A DNA stretch of 64,000 bases, taken from NCBI RefSeq assembly GCF_006345805.1, contig NC_043000.1, forward strand, positions 157,976,001 through 158,040,000, read 5' to 3'. The position numbers and the translations under genes are program-made. Source of the DNA: Octopus sinensis. Taxonomy: Eukaryota. Below are positions 26,206-40,080 of the stretch, piece after piece (the first letter of the stretch is position 1; each line of letters starts with the position of its first letter). The notes under the pieces are model-generated. The model was not told the origin of the DNA. It searched no databases and saw only the letters and a program-made list of their open reading frames with translations.

Positions 26206-28070
26206 GCTGGCCCAACCTGTGAAACACACAGACTAAGTCTACTTATGGACATCCTCCTGAAACCCTCCTTAACAGTCGATAGCCATATCAGAGATGACTT
26301 AGATATGTTAACCACCTTCCAAAAAAAAACAAGGAAGAAACAATCCTGGTTTCATTTGATGTAGTCAACTTGTATACCAGTATACCTCAAAATTATGGAC
26401 TGGAGGCATACAGTTCTGGTTAGACCAATTTCCGGAAGAACTACCAAAAAGGATCAGTAAGGAATTCATTACTAAATCAATTGAATTCATCCTACCCAAT
26501 AACCACTTCATGTTTGACAATACATTTTACCGTCAAAAATCCGGAATTGCTATGGGTACAAGGGCAGCACCAGTCATTGCGAACTAACAATGGGATACAT
26601 GGAAATAATCATTTACCAGGAATCTCTATCAATCTTTGGAAACTCCCTCTCTCAATACATAAAAGAGAATTGGAAACGATTCCTAGACGATTGTTTCATT
26701 CTCTGGAATGAAAACATAGATAAACTCCTAAAATTTAAAAACCTATTGAACAGCATAAACCCAAATATACAGTTCACAATGGAATACAACCAAAAGGAGC
26801 TCCCGTTCTTGGATATACTAATTAAAAAAATTAACCTTAAAATAGAAACAGACATTTTTTACAAAGCCACAGACGCCAAACATACCTTCTTTTTAATTCA
26901 TGCCACCCAACACACTAAAACAAACATCCCCTTCAACCTTGCAAGAAGGATATGCACAATAGTGTCAGAACAAAATACCAGGACTTTAGACTGCAAGAAC
27001 TCAAAAACACCCTAATTGACAGACATTACCCAGCTCAACTCATAGAGGATGGGATCAGACGTGCAACAGAAACAACATAGAAACTTTAAGAAAAGTTCAA
27101 CACAACCACACCTTCCCCGAAAATACTACCTTACATATCTACATACAACCCCAGAAACAAAGAAGCCTTCACCATCATCACCCAGAATTTACCAATACTT
27201 CATAAAAACCTAAAATTAAAGGAAATTCTAAACATACACCAAATCATTAAAAGTACAAACAGCCTAAATCACTTAAAAAGATTCTCACAAAGGCAAAATT
27301 GTCTTCTAAAATTACGGATGCAAAAGTAAAAAAATGTGGTAGATCGAACTGTGCAACATGTCCTAACCTATTGGAAGGATCAGAATTATTCTTTAAAGAG
27401 GGACAGAGATTCAAGATCAAATCTAACTTTACTTGTGCCTCTGAAAACATAATTTATGTCATTAAATGCTCGGGCTGCCACCAAGACTACGTGGGTTCCA
27501 CGGGACTATCATTCAGGCGTAGATGCACACTGCATCGACAACAGATTGCATTCCCAGAATATAGAATGATACCTTTTAGTGAGCACATTGAGAAATGCGT
27601 AAAGCAACTACTGCCACAATTTTTAATCTTCCCATTTTACCAATGTGCTTTCGGATCATCAACACAAATGAGACTGAACAAGGAAACATTCTTCATTGAA
27701 AAGTACAAACCCAGACTCAACCATCCGAACATACTGACACAGAGAAATTAACAAGGGAAAGGGGAAAAACATTTTTAAGCGATTATCTCCCTTACAGCGG
27801 AAGAAATCACTCACTACCTCCCCTTATTTAGAAATCTCCTAAAAATAAACACAATGATAACTCCATGCAATATAAACATAACGTCACAAGAAATTTGAAA
27901 AGCTACACGCGAAACCGGTAATTTCTTTAAAAATTTTAAAATTATGTCATTTTAAGGAAAGGAAAAAAAATTTTTCCAATATTCTCCAGACATTTTGACA
28001 CAAATATATATTTTTTAACATTTAAGCCTTCTGTCGTTTTTTCACTCTTTACTATTTTCTTATATATATA
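26206..28070 (+). mobile_element. 5'-truncated Penelope-like element (RT + GIY-YIG), multiple frameshifts
   Basis: FDVVNLYTSIP, GIAMGT(R)AAP, WKRFLDDCF, LPFLDI, IPFNLARRICTI; ENIIYVIKCSGCHQDYVG (GIY-YIG) in ORF 27299-27751. Confidence 0.93.
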
Positions 28071-28136
28071 TATATATATATAATATATATATATATTATA
28101 ACATTATATATATTATATATATATATATCATATATC

Positions 28137-28179
<43 letters not shown>

Positions 28180-28861
28180 GTGTGTGTGTGTGCATAGATA
28201 GATAGGTAGATAGAGACATTGCATATGTTAGTTTATATGGACATGTGTCTTAATGATGACGCAAAGTGAAACGATTTACATTAGGTTTGCGCTGGTTGCG
28301 AGCAACTAAATTTACAAATAGTGATATTATGGACAATTGGCTTTGATGTTACCTCACCATACAAATTACAAGCAGAGAATAACTGTGCCATCTTCTCTGT
28401 AACAGGAAGTCCATAGTTTCATTTTCCACGAGTGAAATTTTACATCTACCGTTCAATTTCGTCTGGTGGCTAGCTTACTCCAGATGGCTCTATGGCACTT
28501 TCTACTCTGCAATCTTAATTGTTACGCAGCGGTACATCAACAGAACGAACAAGACTCTTGCTCCAATCGTAGTCCATTGCTGTCGCTGATGCTGGTTCTC
28601 TGCACTCACTGTTAGTACAATAAAGGCGACGCTGCTGGTGTTGATATGTGATACAATTGCATTTCATCGACAAATCCACATTTCATGCTCTAGGCAGCCG
28701 AGATTTTTCTCTCGTTATATAATAGTTATATACAGTTGTCGTAAAGTTGCTGTTGCGTTTGTCATTGCTCTTATTAGTCCAGTCAGGGGAGATGTCGATG
28801 GCCGAGGTAATTATGCTTTTTTACTGATTCTTGCTTACTTTTTATTAATGATTTCGAACAA

Positions 28862-29676
28862 GGGCGTGGCTGTGTGGTTAGACGTTTGCTTTCCATCTAT
28901 TAGGGTCTGTGTTCAAACCAGTTACTTGGCACCCTATACTATAGTCTGGACCCGACCAAAGCCTTGTGATTGCATATATATTATATATATATATATGTGT
29001 GTGTGTGTGTGAGTGTGTATGTGTATGTGTGTGTGTTTACGCGTGCGAGTGCGTATGCATGAGTATGTGTATGGGCGTGTGTGAATGTGTTTGTGCCTTT
29101 GTCTGTCTTCAACAGCCACTGGGTGTGTTTATGTTCTCGTAACTTAATTGTTCAATACAAAGGATATTTTCTCTTTTTTTTCTCTTTTTCTCTTTTTACT
29201 TGTTTCAGTCATTTTCACTGCGGCCATGCTGGAGCACCGCCTTTAATCGAGCAACTCGACCCCAGGACTTGTTCTTTGTAAGCCTAGTACTTATTCTATC
29301 GGTCTATTTTGCCGAACCGCTAAGTTACGGGGACGTAAACACACCAGCATCTGTTGTCAAGCGATGCTAGGGAGACAAACACAGACACACAAATATACAC
29401 GCACATACATACATATACATATATACGACGGGCTTCCACTCACAAGGCTTTGGTCGGCCCGGGGCTATAGTAGAAGACACTTGCCCAAGGTGTCACGCAG
29501 TGGGACTGAACCCGGAACCATGTGGTTGGTACACAAGCTACTCACCACACAGCCACTCCTGTACAAGGTCTATCAATAAACATACTGAGAGTGGTTTCCT
29601 TCGACTAAAATTCTTTAAGCAGGTGCCCTAACATAGTCGTAGTTTGCTGACTGAAACAAGTAAAAGATAAAAGGAT
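28862..29676 (+). mobile_element. Old SINE family A copy interrupted by a younger antisense copy
   Basis: Head at 28862, body to ~29160, 3' part resumes at 29561-29676 ('cgactaaa...ctgaaacaagtaaaagataaaag'). Confidence 0.6.
29167..29560 (-). mobile_element. SINE family A
   Basis: Reverse complement of 1003-1428. Confidence 0.85.
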
Positions 29677-30537
29677 GGGGAAGATGACTTTGGTTACTTT
29701 GAACAGGCGTCTTTGCTTCTTGCGTTCATTCTTTCTGCATCCACATTTTCAAATAATCCACTCTTTGTCGCAACAGGCCACGATGCGTATAATTTAATTT
29801 CTAATTTACAGTAATTACAAACAAAAATATTTAAATATGTGTAGGTCTTTATACTGACGCGTAAACGGAATGAATGCGTCCATCTGTGTCCTTCAGACGT
29901 TAACATAACAAGCAAATTACACGAACGTAAAATGCCACTACGACAACAGACAAGTAACTATTATTTTTCTGAAAAATAAATAAACAGCAATTACTTTCAC
30001 ACTCGTGGAGAGAAGCGAAATACGAATTGTGGTTGCAGGAAATATTATCAACAATATTTATAAAACCAATAAGATTGATTGCAATGACGGTAAAGTGTTT
30101 TCTTAGTTATATAACTTTGTGTAAATTCAGTGGCAATGATGTTTTTTTTGTGGCTGTAGTTGTGATAACATCAGTAAACTGAATCGTTGTACGAAAGATA
30201 GTGATATATATCAGATTAGGTTTCCTTTCTCCCGTTCTCTCACTTAATTTCTTTCCTCTCTTTCACACATTAATTTTGTATTCCTCTATTTATTTTACAT
30301 CAGCATAGCACTTTTTATCAGTTGATCTTTAACAGCGTTTACCTACTATATCAAGGTAGCAACCATATTAGATTCTTTCAACATTGTGATCCGCACGTCA
30401 TCACCAAGTGTATGTACACTTAGCTATTGGCGCCATTTCTGTCATCATAATTTCCAACATGCGTTTGTGTGCCCTACTTGTTTGTACACTCATGAGTGCT
30501 TTAGACTGGTTCGTATATATATATATATATATATATA

Positions 30538-30581
<44 letters not shown>

Positions 30582-30838
30582 ATATAAAAAAATATATATG
30601 TATATATAATACATACTTACATACATATGTATATATATAAACATACACACATTTTTAATAGTTATATGCATATGTATCTGCAGGGGCTTTTTCATATACG
30701 CATGCATACAATTATATATCTTGTTTATATAGAGAGCATATAGGACATATGTAACACTGCATCTATTAGTGAGCGTAAGAGTGCTCGTATCTGCGTCACG
30801 CCATGCAATGATGTAAGCATGTTACATATACTACATGT

Positions 30839-30871
<33 letters not shown>

Positions 30872-31199
30872 ATATATATATATATATGAAATAATAAAAG
30901 GAAAATAGAGAGTTCAAACTGACATATGTTATTTTATTAACATAATATTAATAATCGCTACAAATGTTTCGATTCAAGACTATTAAAAAGCTTGCAAGAC
31001 GCAGCGAAAATTGTAGGAAAATTAAAATAAGAAATAAGTGGAAATTTTACCGGTGAGTGTGTTAAATTATAAAGCACAAAAAGAAAATTACTCTCCCCAG
31101 ACACAACAGAATATGCTTCAACACACGAACTCAAATAAAGAATCTTGCAAACCAAATCCCAAAACGAAATGTGTTGTCTAGCTTATTTCATAACCAAAC

Positions 31200-31685
31200 A
31201 AGAGGTACAGATTATAAACAACGAAATGCCGATTTTGATGAATCATTTGACAACAGTAGTAGAGAGTCAATCCGATGATAAATCTGACCTTGGATCTTGA
31301 AAGTTTGCATGAATCCTGGCTCTGTTAAATCTCTTGTCGTTCCAAATAATGTCATCTGCAGTGCAGCTTTGTATTGCCTAATTTTGTTTTGGAAGTGCTA
31401 GGAATTTTGCTCCGTTGATGACAATAGTTTCTTCAGTAGCTCTGGAGGCTGGTGGATTGCAAAGAGTTTAACCTTTCCCCCACTGCAGCACAGTGCAGAT
31501 GTCTCTCCAGGCTACATTCTTGCTTTGCAACGTATGCACTCAGGTGTCATTGCATCATTGGAAACTCTACTGTAATCTGCATAAAGGACTGTTGGATCAT
31601 GATTGAAAGCTGCTTCATAGAAGTTGCTTCTCTGACCTGTTGCAACTGCTCAGAACACACAAGACATGTCATGTTTTTGAATAAT
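31200..31685 (-). mobile_element. Fragment of an autonomous Helitron Rep/Helicase ORF
   Basis: CIRCKARM*PGETSALCCSGGKVKL..PPELLKKLL..HFQNKIRQYKAALQMTLFG..EPGFMQTFKIQGQIYHRIDSLL, typical of the Helitron RepHel N-terminal region. Confidence 0.85.
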
Positions 31686-32509
31686 GTATATATATATATA
31701 TCACATACGATCGCACTGATATGTATTACATATACGCATAAATATGAATATTAACATGTATGCACACATGCATAACACCCATCTGATTGCTTTATCAAAC
31801 TAAGTGGAATATAGTTAGGCGAAAGAAATTGCTCAATACTTTTAGAGTGAATGTAAATTCATATAACATTATGTTATTAACATTGTGTTTAACACCAATA
31901 CAACCACAAACGGTGAATTACCGATTGACTAAAAGCAGGCGATCAGAATAGATATTTCAATTTATCTACTGCGGAGAATTTGACAATACTAGATGCATTT
32001 TAAATTAAAATCGGAACCAATTTTGTTTGCAGAAGCCGAATTATCTGAAATAATAATTAACAACACTCACATAGCTCTTTTATCTGTCTAAGCTATATAC
32101 TCTAAAACTAAGAGGAAACTGTCACATTCATACCGCTGCATACTTACAATCGTTCTTACGGCTACACACCACTCAGCATTCATTCAGGATTACATGCTTA
32201 AATATACAGAACTAGCGCAGATAATCTACATTCCGTGGTAGTTTTGGGGAAATTAAAGAGATATTACACGAAATTTCACATTACATGTTAAAAATCCAGA
32301 GGAAGTACAACAAATATACAACAAATGTATAGTTTCGTGACTTTTGGCCCACTCTTATATTCTAATAATATTATTAATAAGCTTATTTCATAGTGTTCAG
32401 GTGCTCAGTATTGTCGGAAAAAAGTTTTTGATAGAGGACAAAAATCAGAAATATGTGATGTAATCGAAGACACCAATGATAGATATGATAGATATCAAAT
32501 GTTATATAT

Positions 32510-35345
32510 ATATTCCCAGGCCGATTCCCCAGTTTTTTTTAGGAGGGGTAGCCATAAGACACACACCAGACATTCCATTCATTTCCCACCTCAACGAGAC
32601 GAGCTCCGTTCTATGCTTGGGTCAAGGCATAGAACACAACCCCCAATATTAGCAGCGAGGCCCAACAGTATATGCTGGTTTATTTCCGCCGCATCATGTT
32701 GTTTCCGTACACCTTTGAGCAACATCAAATTCATTCATCCATCCACAATCACTCTCCAAGCTTTCCTATCATTTATAACCTCTCTTGCCTCTCTCACTCC
32801 AACACTTCTAACCACCAAAGCTTTCATCACTCCATCCATCCACATAAACTGAGTTCTTCCTCTGGTTCTCCTACCTACCACTTCTGCCTTTATCAGTTTC
32901 CTTACCATCCGCTCCCCATCCATCCATTCCATGTGGCCAAACCACCTCAACATTCGTCTATCCATTTTGGTTGTTAGTTTTTCTCTCATTCCTGCTCGCC
33001 TTCACACCCCCTCATTCCCCATCCTGTTCATTCGTGTCACACCAACTATAGCCCTCAGACATCTCATCTGAAACACATCTAGTCGCCCCCTTCCTGCCTC
33101 TGTCATCCCCCACGTCGCTGAATCTTAAAACATTGTCGTCACAATCTTGCCCTCATACACATCCTTTTTCACTTTCATGCTCAACTTTTTATCTCCCAGC
33201 ATTCTTTTCACAGCTCCAAGTGCCTTACTCCCTTCTCTCATTCTGTATTCCACCTCCTCAGCTCACTAACATACCCTACCCATCTACTTTGTACCTTATC
33301 ACTTCCTTTCAACAAATTTCCATTTACATCCTTCATCATTTCTTCCCTTCCTCCAACCACCTTTCTTCCACTCAGTACCTCTTTCCAAAACATCTTTTTA
33401 TTTCTTACAAAATTTTTATTTCTTACAAAATTTTCACTCAACATTTTTCCGAACCTTTCACTCGCAGCGTATTTCGCTACCCTCACCACTCTCTTTACCC
33501 TCCTCTTCACTTCTCTGTAACGACCATAAGCCTCTTCATCCCCTTTCTGCAACCACTCTTCAAAGGCCCTTTTCTTCTCTGCCACCACATTCCTTACCTG
33601 CTCATTCCATCACTCACTACCTCACGAGCCGTCCTCCTCCCAATTCCGACATTCTTACCACTCGTGTACCCTATGCCTGAGAAGCACATCTCGTTACAGC
33701 CTCTATAATACCCTCCCACTCCTCCTCCACACCTCCTACCTCCCGTTTCTTAACCTGTTCATATTCACCTCTCCGTTTCTCTACATACTCCTGCACCTTC
33801 TCTCTCCTATTCAGTTCACTCAGCTTCACAACCATTTTCCTCCCTGTCAATCATCTAGCATTCCACATTGAGCATGCCTTCAACTTACCCTGTACTAAGA
33901 AGTGATCTGACACTCCTTTACCTTCACCTTTCATTACATGCGCATCCACAAACCTTCCTACCACTCTCTCAATTTCACTCAACTTTTTTCCGACCCTTTC
34001 ACTCGCAACCTATTTCGCTACCCTCACCAATCTCTTTACTCTCCTCTTCACTTCTCTGTAACGACCATAAGCCTCTTCATCCCTTTTTTTTTGGAAGTGC
34101 TTGGATGACAATAGTTGATGACAATAGTTTCTTCAGTAGCTCTGGAGGCTGGGGGATTGCAAAGAGTTTAACCTTTCCACCACTGCAGCACAGTGCAGAT
34201 GTCTCTCCAGGCCACTTCCTTACTTTACAATATATGCACTCAGGTGTCATTGCACCACTGGAAACTCTACTGTCATCTGCATAAAGAACTGCTGGATCAT
34301 AATTGAAAGCTGCTTCATAGAAGTTGCTTCTCTGACCTGTTGCAACTGCTCAGAACACACAAGACATGAATCTTGTGATGAAGAGGCTTATGGTCGTTAC
34401 AGAGAAGTGAAGAGGAGGGGAAAGAGAGTTGTGAGGGTAGCGAAATAGGCTGCGAGTGAAAGGTTCGGAAAAATGTTGAGTGAAAATTTTGTAAGAAATA
34501 AAAAGATGTTTTGGAAAGAGGTACAGAGTGGAAGAAAGATAGATAATCCATCGAGGCCCTATCCACTATTGTTCCTCCCTGCACCCACCGCCACGTGAAC
34601 TTATTCTTCTCCCACTTAAAAAAAAAAACTATTCCCCACCACCAACCCCTGCTCTATAAACATTTCAAAAATTTCCTTCCACTCTCTTTCCGACCAGGAG
34701 CCCCATATTTTCCTACTGCATTTTCTACTTCCCCATTTTCCACTCGCACATTCAAATCACTCAACACCATCATATAACCACTTTCCCCACTCTATCCACA
34801 CACTCTGTCAATTCCCTCCAGAAATCCTCTACTTCTTCTTAACTCCGTTAAATCCTTGGACCATATGCACTAAAAAAATACCGATATTTCGCCTCACCAC
34901 CTCATCTTAATCCACATTAATCTTGAAGCCACTTCCTTCCACTCCACCATACTCTTCTTTACACGATCACTCACCAGCAATGCTACTCCCTCACGAGCCC
35001 CCCCCCTCCCAGCTGCGACACTCCTCCAGTCACAACCACCAAACTGATACTCTCCCTTACCTTTCATCTTAGTCTCGCTCAGTGCCACCACATCCATCCT
35101 TCTCCTCCCCATGACAATCCCTATCTCTTTACCTCATTTGTACTACACCCTCGCACATTACATGACCCTAGTCCTAGTGTTTTATTTGGTCTTAGCCTTC
35201 TCCCACCCCTTGTCATCTTCTTGCTGTCTTTTTAGGAATATGGATTTCCTAGATGGAGAGGATTCCCAGTCCCCTGGCTCCCGCTTCTTTTAGTCGCCGC
35301 TTACGACAAGCAGGGAATACGGCGACTGCATTCTACGGATCTCCT
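32510..35345 (-). mobile_element. Rearranged RTE-clade LINE with the RT core deleted
   Basis: APE N-terminus MDVVALSETKMKG..REGVALLV..SRLMWIK; SDHFLV; C-terminus LRWFGHMEWM..RGRTQFMWMD; (TA) tail at ~32505. Confidence 0.85.
34090..34368 (-). mobile_element. Second copy of the Helitron segment (31389-31668) embedded in the RTE
   Basis: Colinear match of roughly 90% identity by eye. Confidence 0.9.
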
Positions 35346-35379
35346 CCTCTAGTCGAAGGGGGCATTTCTTGTTAATCCA

Positions 35380-35530
35380 TCGCTGGGACCCTTACAAATG
35401 CTACCACTCCGGGCCAGAGTAGACCTGGAAACAATAGTGGCCAAGAGGTGGTTCCACACCAGTTAAACCCTGAAACCGGGGCTTCAGGGTCCCACTACCG
35501 GATGTAGTTTATAGTCATACCCAGATATCA
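35380..35530 (+). repeat. Short interspersed repeat
   Basis: 'gggaccctta..ctaccactccgggccagagtagacctgg..gatgtagttta..gtcataccca' resembles a common cephalopod repeat as I recall it. Confidence 0.4.
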
Positions 35531-36265
35531 AATAGCTCGTACATACTACACAAGATAAATTAGAAGACGACAGATAAATTAGAAGAACCAGAAGAAAGAA
35601 AGGATGCATAGTTAAGGCTTGGAAGTTTTTAAAGATGCAGTATCCTGGCATGAACAACCGACACGAATAGTCTATTCCATGCTTCGATAATTCTGAGCCA
35701 TAAAATGGTTTCCGAAATGAACGAAGACTGCGCTGCATTCTGATTTCATAACCATGTCCTCGAATGTCAAAGAAAAGCGTTCTTCAGAGAACACGCCATT
35801 TTCATCACTGCATATATTTTTCTTCTTATTTATAATAGAATCACTCAAGTAGAATCACTCAAGATTTATCTGTTTTTAAAATAAAATTTCTTATCTATTT
35901 ACATTTTCCTATATTGCTTAAGATTATACTAATTTTTAAAATAATTAATTTTTTTCATAACTTTATTTACATATTGATTTTATATATATTTAAGAATATA
36001 TTTAACTTACTTTATAACTGCGCAAATATTCATTGAAGATGCCTTTTGAAAGTCTTTTACAAGAAATCTCACAATATTTAAAATGTCTACGATGGGAAGC
36101 TTTAAAATTTATCCATTTATCTCAAAGTTTTACCTATTGTCAACTAAATCTTAAATTTTTAATCTCTATTTTCTAATAATTCGCCATAGCATTATTTCCT
36201 TGCTTAATTATATGCATTTTACTTATCTTTATAAATACATTTTGTTTATATAATGCAGTACATCA

Positions 36266-36338
<73 letters not shown>

Positions 36339-36364
36339 GGTCTGTCTATATTTCTAATATATAA

Positions 36365-36395
<31 letters not shown>

Positions 36396-36535
36396 ATATA
36401 TAATATATATATATAACAATTTAGGAATGGCCTAAACAGGCCATTCGTCCACCAGAAAGAGCAGCCAGAACTCCAACCGCCAAGTAGTGCAATTCGGAAA
36501 TAAGGTGAAAATTTAAAAACGTTTACCCTAATTCA

Positions 36536-36636
36536 TCTTTTATACGATGCATCGTTTCGGTGTTTTTAATGATAGACCAGCTTAATTAAATTAAATTAAG
36601 CTAGTCTACCATAGGTCACACTTCATCAGTAAAAGA
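36536..36636 (-). ncRNA. Type-I hammerhead ribozyme with long stem II insertion
   Basis: UCUUUUA-CUGAUGA-A-GUGU-[hairpin]-ACAC-C-GAAAC-GAUGCAUC-GUA/UAAAAGA; 7-bp stem I; palindromic stem III. Confidence 0.75.
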
Positions 36637-37251
36637 AACCTGGGAGAGACGAATATACACGAGGCGACTGTATCAATGCCTCGGGAATATCTGTCTTAAA
36701 ATTTTCAAGACCAACGCATTCGCGCCAAACTTATCGGCAGCAAATATAAACTGCCGATTCAATCTCAGAATTAGTCAGAAAATTATCAATTAATCAATTT
36801 AGGGTAGCAAAAAATTCAGTAAAAATTTATCGCTACCAGCGGCCTAGTGGAAAAGAGAAAATAGTCAAAGACTAAATATATATAAATATAACAATTTAGG
36901 AATGGCCTAAACAGGCCATTCGTCCACCAGAAAGAGCAGCCAGAACTCCAACCGCCAAGTAGTGCAATTCGGAAATAAGGTGAAAATTTAAAAACGTTTA
37001 CCCTAATTCATCTTTTATACGATGCATCGTTTCGGTGTTTTTAATGATAGACCAGCGATAAATTTTTACTGAATTTTTTGCTACCCTAAATTGATTAATT
37101 GATAATTTTCTGACTAATTCTGAGATTGAATCGGCAGTTTATATTTGCTGCCGATAAGTTTGGCGCGAATGCGTTGGTCTTGAAAATTTTAAGACAGATA
37201 TTCCCGAGGCATTGATACAGTCGCCTCGTGTATATTCGTCTCTCCCAGGTT

Positions 37252-37352
37252 TCTTTTACTGATGAAGTGTGACCTATGGTAGACTAGCTTAATTTAATTT
37301 AATTAAGCTGGTCTATCATTAAAAACACCGAAACAATGCATCGTATAAAAGA
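37252..37352 (+). ncRNA. Type-I hammerhead ribozyme (second family 2 copy)
   Basis: Same as 36536-36636, with one G>A change in stem III (GAAACAAUGCAUCGUA). Confidence 0.7.
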
Positions 37353-37569
37353 TGAATTAGGGTAAACGTTTTTAAATTTTCACGTTATTTCCGAATTGCA
37401 CTACTTGGCGGTTGGAGTTCTGGCTGCTCTTTATGGTGGACGAATGGCCTGTTTAGGCCATTCCTAAATTGTTATATTTATATATATTTAGTCTTTGACT
37501 ATTTTCTCTTTTCCACTAGGCCGCTGGTAGCGATAAATTTTTACTGAATTTTTTGCTACCCTAAATTGA

Positions 37570-37689
<120 letters not shown>

Positions 37690-37716
37690 ACATATATATT
37701 TATATATATATATATA

Positions 37717-37997
37717 TAAGGGCCTTACTATACATAAATGCCTAACGCTAAGAGGGGACTCTTAAAGTCAAAACTACCATAATAAACTTTCTCATCACCA
37801 CATCATCTTAACCCATAATGTTTATCATGGTAGTTTTGACTTTGAGAGTCCCTCCTAGCATGAGGCATCCAAGTATAGTAATGCCCTTAATACAAATTAA
37901 TATATTTAAAAGGATTAATCAATTACTGTTTCCCAAATTAGGTTTTTCACGCTAACTACTTGATAAATTCTTATAAAGATTTTATCCTATTTTTCAA
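37717..37997. repeat. Family 3 fold-back derivative lacking the HHR (copy C)
   Basis: Arms 37717-37787 / 37820-37889 homologous to 17464 and 45199; shared 'gtttttcacgctaactact..gattttatcct' segment at 37940-37995. Confidence 0.65.
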
Positions 37998-38098
37998 TTA
38001 TATATATATATATACAAACCCCCACACACGCGCGTACCAAAAAGGTTTCATACACATGTCTATGTACGCACATACTTGCATATATGTATATAGGTATA

Positions 38099-38505
38099 GG
38101 AGTGGGTGTGTGGTAAGCAGCATGCCTACGAACCACTTGGTTCCGGGTCCAGTCCCACTGCGTGGCACCTTGGGCAAGTGTCTTCTACTGTAGCCTCGGG
38201 CCGAGTTGTGAGTGTATTTGGTAGACGGAAACTGAAAGAAGCCCGTCTTATATATGTATTTATGTGTATATATGTACATGTTAGTGTATATGTTTGTGAG
38301 TCCGTGTTTGTCCTACCAACATCGCTTGACAACCGATGCTGGTGTGTTTACGTCCGCGTAACTTAGCGGTTCGGTAAAAAGAGACCGATAGAATAAGTAC
38401 TAGGCTTACAAAAAATAGGTCCTGGGGTCGATTTGCTCGACTAAAGGCGGTGCTTCAGCATGGCCACAGTCAAATGCCTGAAACAAGGAAAAGAGTAAAA
38501 GAGTA
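38099..38505 (+). mobile_element. SINE family A
   Basis: Matches 1003-1428. Confidence 0.85.
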
Positions 38506-38595
38506 ATATATATATAAATATATATATATAAATATACAAATAAAAATATATAGATATAGTGTATATGTGAGAGAGAGTGAGCGAGAGAGAGAAAA

Positions 38596-38632
<37 letters not shown>

Positions 38633-39799
38633 AAGACAGGTGATTTAGTTGATAAGTCTAGCTCATGAGTATAAAGTCGTGGGATCGATTCGCTGAGGTG
38701 CGTTGTGTCCTTGAAGAGAACAAGTCGTTTCTTGTTGCTTTATTTTTGGTCTGCTGAAGTTGAATAACAATTAGCTGGTTCAGCTGTGTCTCTCAGTCCA
38801 GCTGTTATATCCCGAACACGCACTTGAGTTCATGAGTCTATGAGTTAGGAAAGTCCCTATATCTTCACCTGAATTACATAGTGGCTAAAATTTATAGGCG
38901 AATGTATTGTAACCGTTGGGGAATAACAGCCGCAAAATTTCTGTATCTGATACCGCTACGCAACAGTATTTAAGACATCCATATATTCATAACATTTACT
39001 TTTCTCTTCATACGTACGTGTGTATTAGGATGTATTTAGATGTATTTTTTGGGCTTGTACATATCCACCATTGTTACCAAATTTTACAGAGCATATTCCC
39101 CAAATTAGATACTGCAATCCGTACGTTAATAAAGCATGCGCACGCAAGCACACATACATACGCTCATAAATAATATGTATATGTGTTTTTGTGTTGGTAT
39201 GTCAGTATATCTAGTATTTATGTGTATTAATACTCGTTTCAAATTTTCGTCCGTCATTACGTTTTGAGTTTAAATTCCGCGGAGTACAACTCGGGGAAAG
39301 TTGTACTCAGCGGACATTGAGCTCGTATCGTAAAGACGGACGAAATACTGCAAAGCATTTTGCCTGCCGTGCTAGCAGCTCTGCTAGCTCACCAGCTTAT
39401 TCTTATTTAAGCGTACTACTACTACTACTACTACTACGCATGATTTGATAGGAACATTTCTTTCTTAAAAAAACACTAAGAAAAACGTATGTCAGGCGTA
39501 TGTATATATTAGATTCTATCGAATCTATTTATATCAAAAGACATCTTATTCTAATCCGGAGTTATATAAATATAAATTCTATCTTAGTTGATATAGAAAT
39601 GCGTTTGATATTCTTGTGATACCATATTTATTTCATTTCAATTGTGATTTAATAGTTTGTGAGTTACCTGTTATATTATTAAATAATGATTATGATACTG
39701 GCGTCTTGTTTGATATATCAGCCTAAATGTTGCTGGAAACTATTCATGATATTTAAGTCTATACCACATTTAGTATATTTAGATGCAGGTGAATGAGAA

Positions 39800-40080
39800 A
39801 TGTGCCATAAAACTATAATACGTACTTTGCATTCAATCGTAGTGTCTGGATCTTCAGCTGAATGTTGTTTTTCGCTTTCTTTGCTGAGGTTGTCGCGTAG
39901 AATTGAGTCAAGCTAGTTCGAACAACACTATGATTAGAAGTATTCCAAACCCGACCCTCCTCTCTTTTAAAAAGTGTCTCGGATTGTATCGAAATCATTA
40001 GTACGTAGGATAAAATACCATTGCAAGTTTTAGTCACTGCCCTTTGTATTTGAGTTTCATATTCCACAATGGCCAATTTT
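39800..40080 (-). pseudogene. Possible LINE APE-endonuclease relic
   Basis: TKTCNGILSYVLM..TSNHSVVRTSL resembles the TRxxxILDLVL..SDHxxV motifs. Confidence 0.25.
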
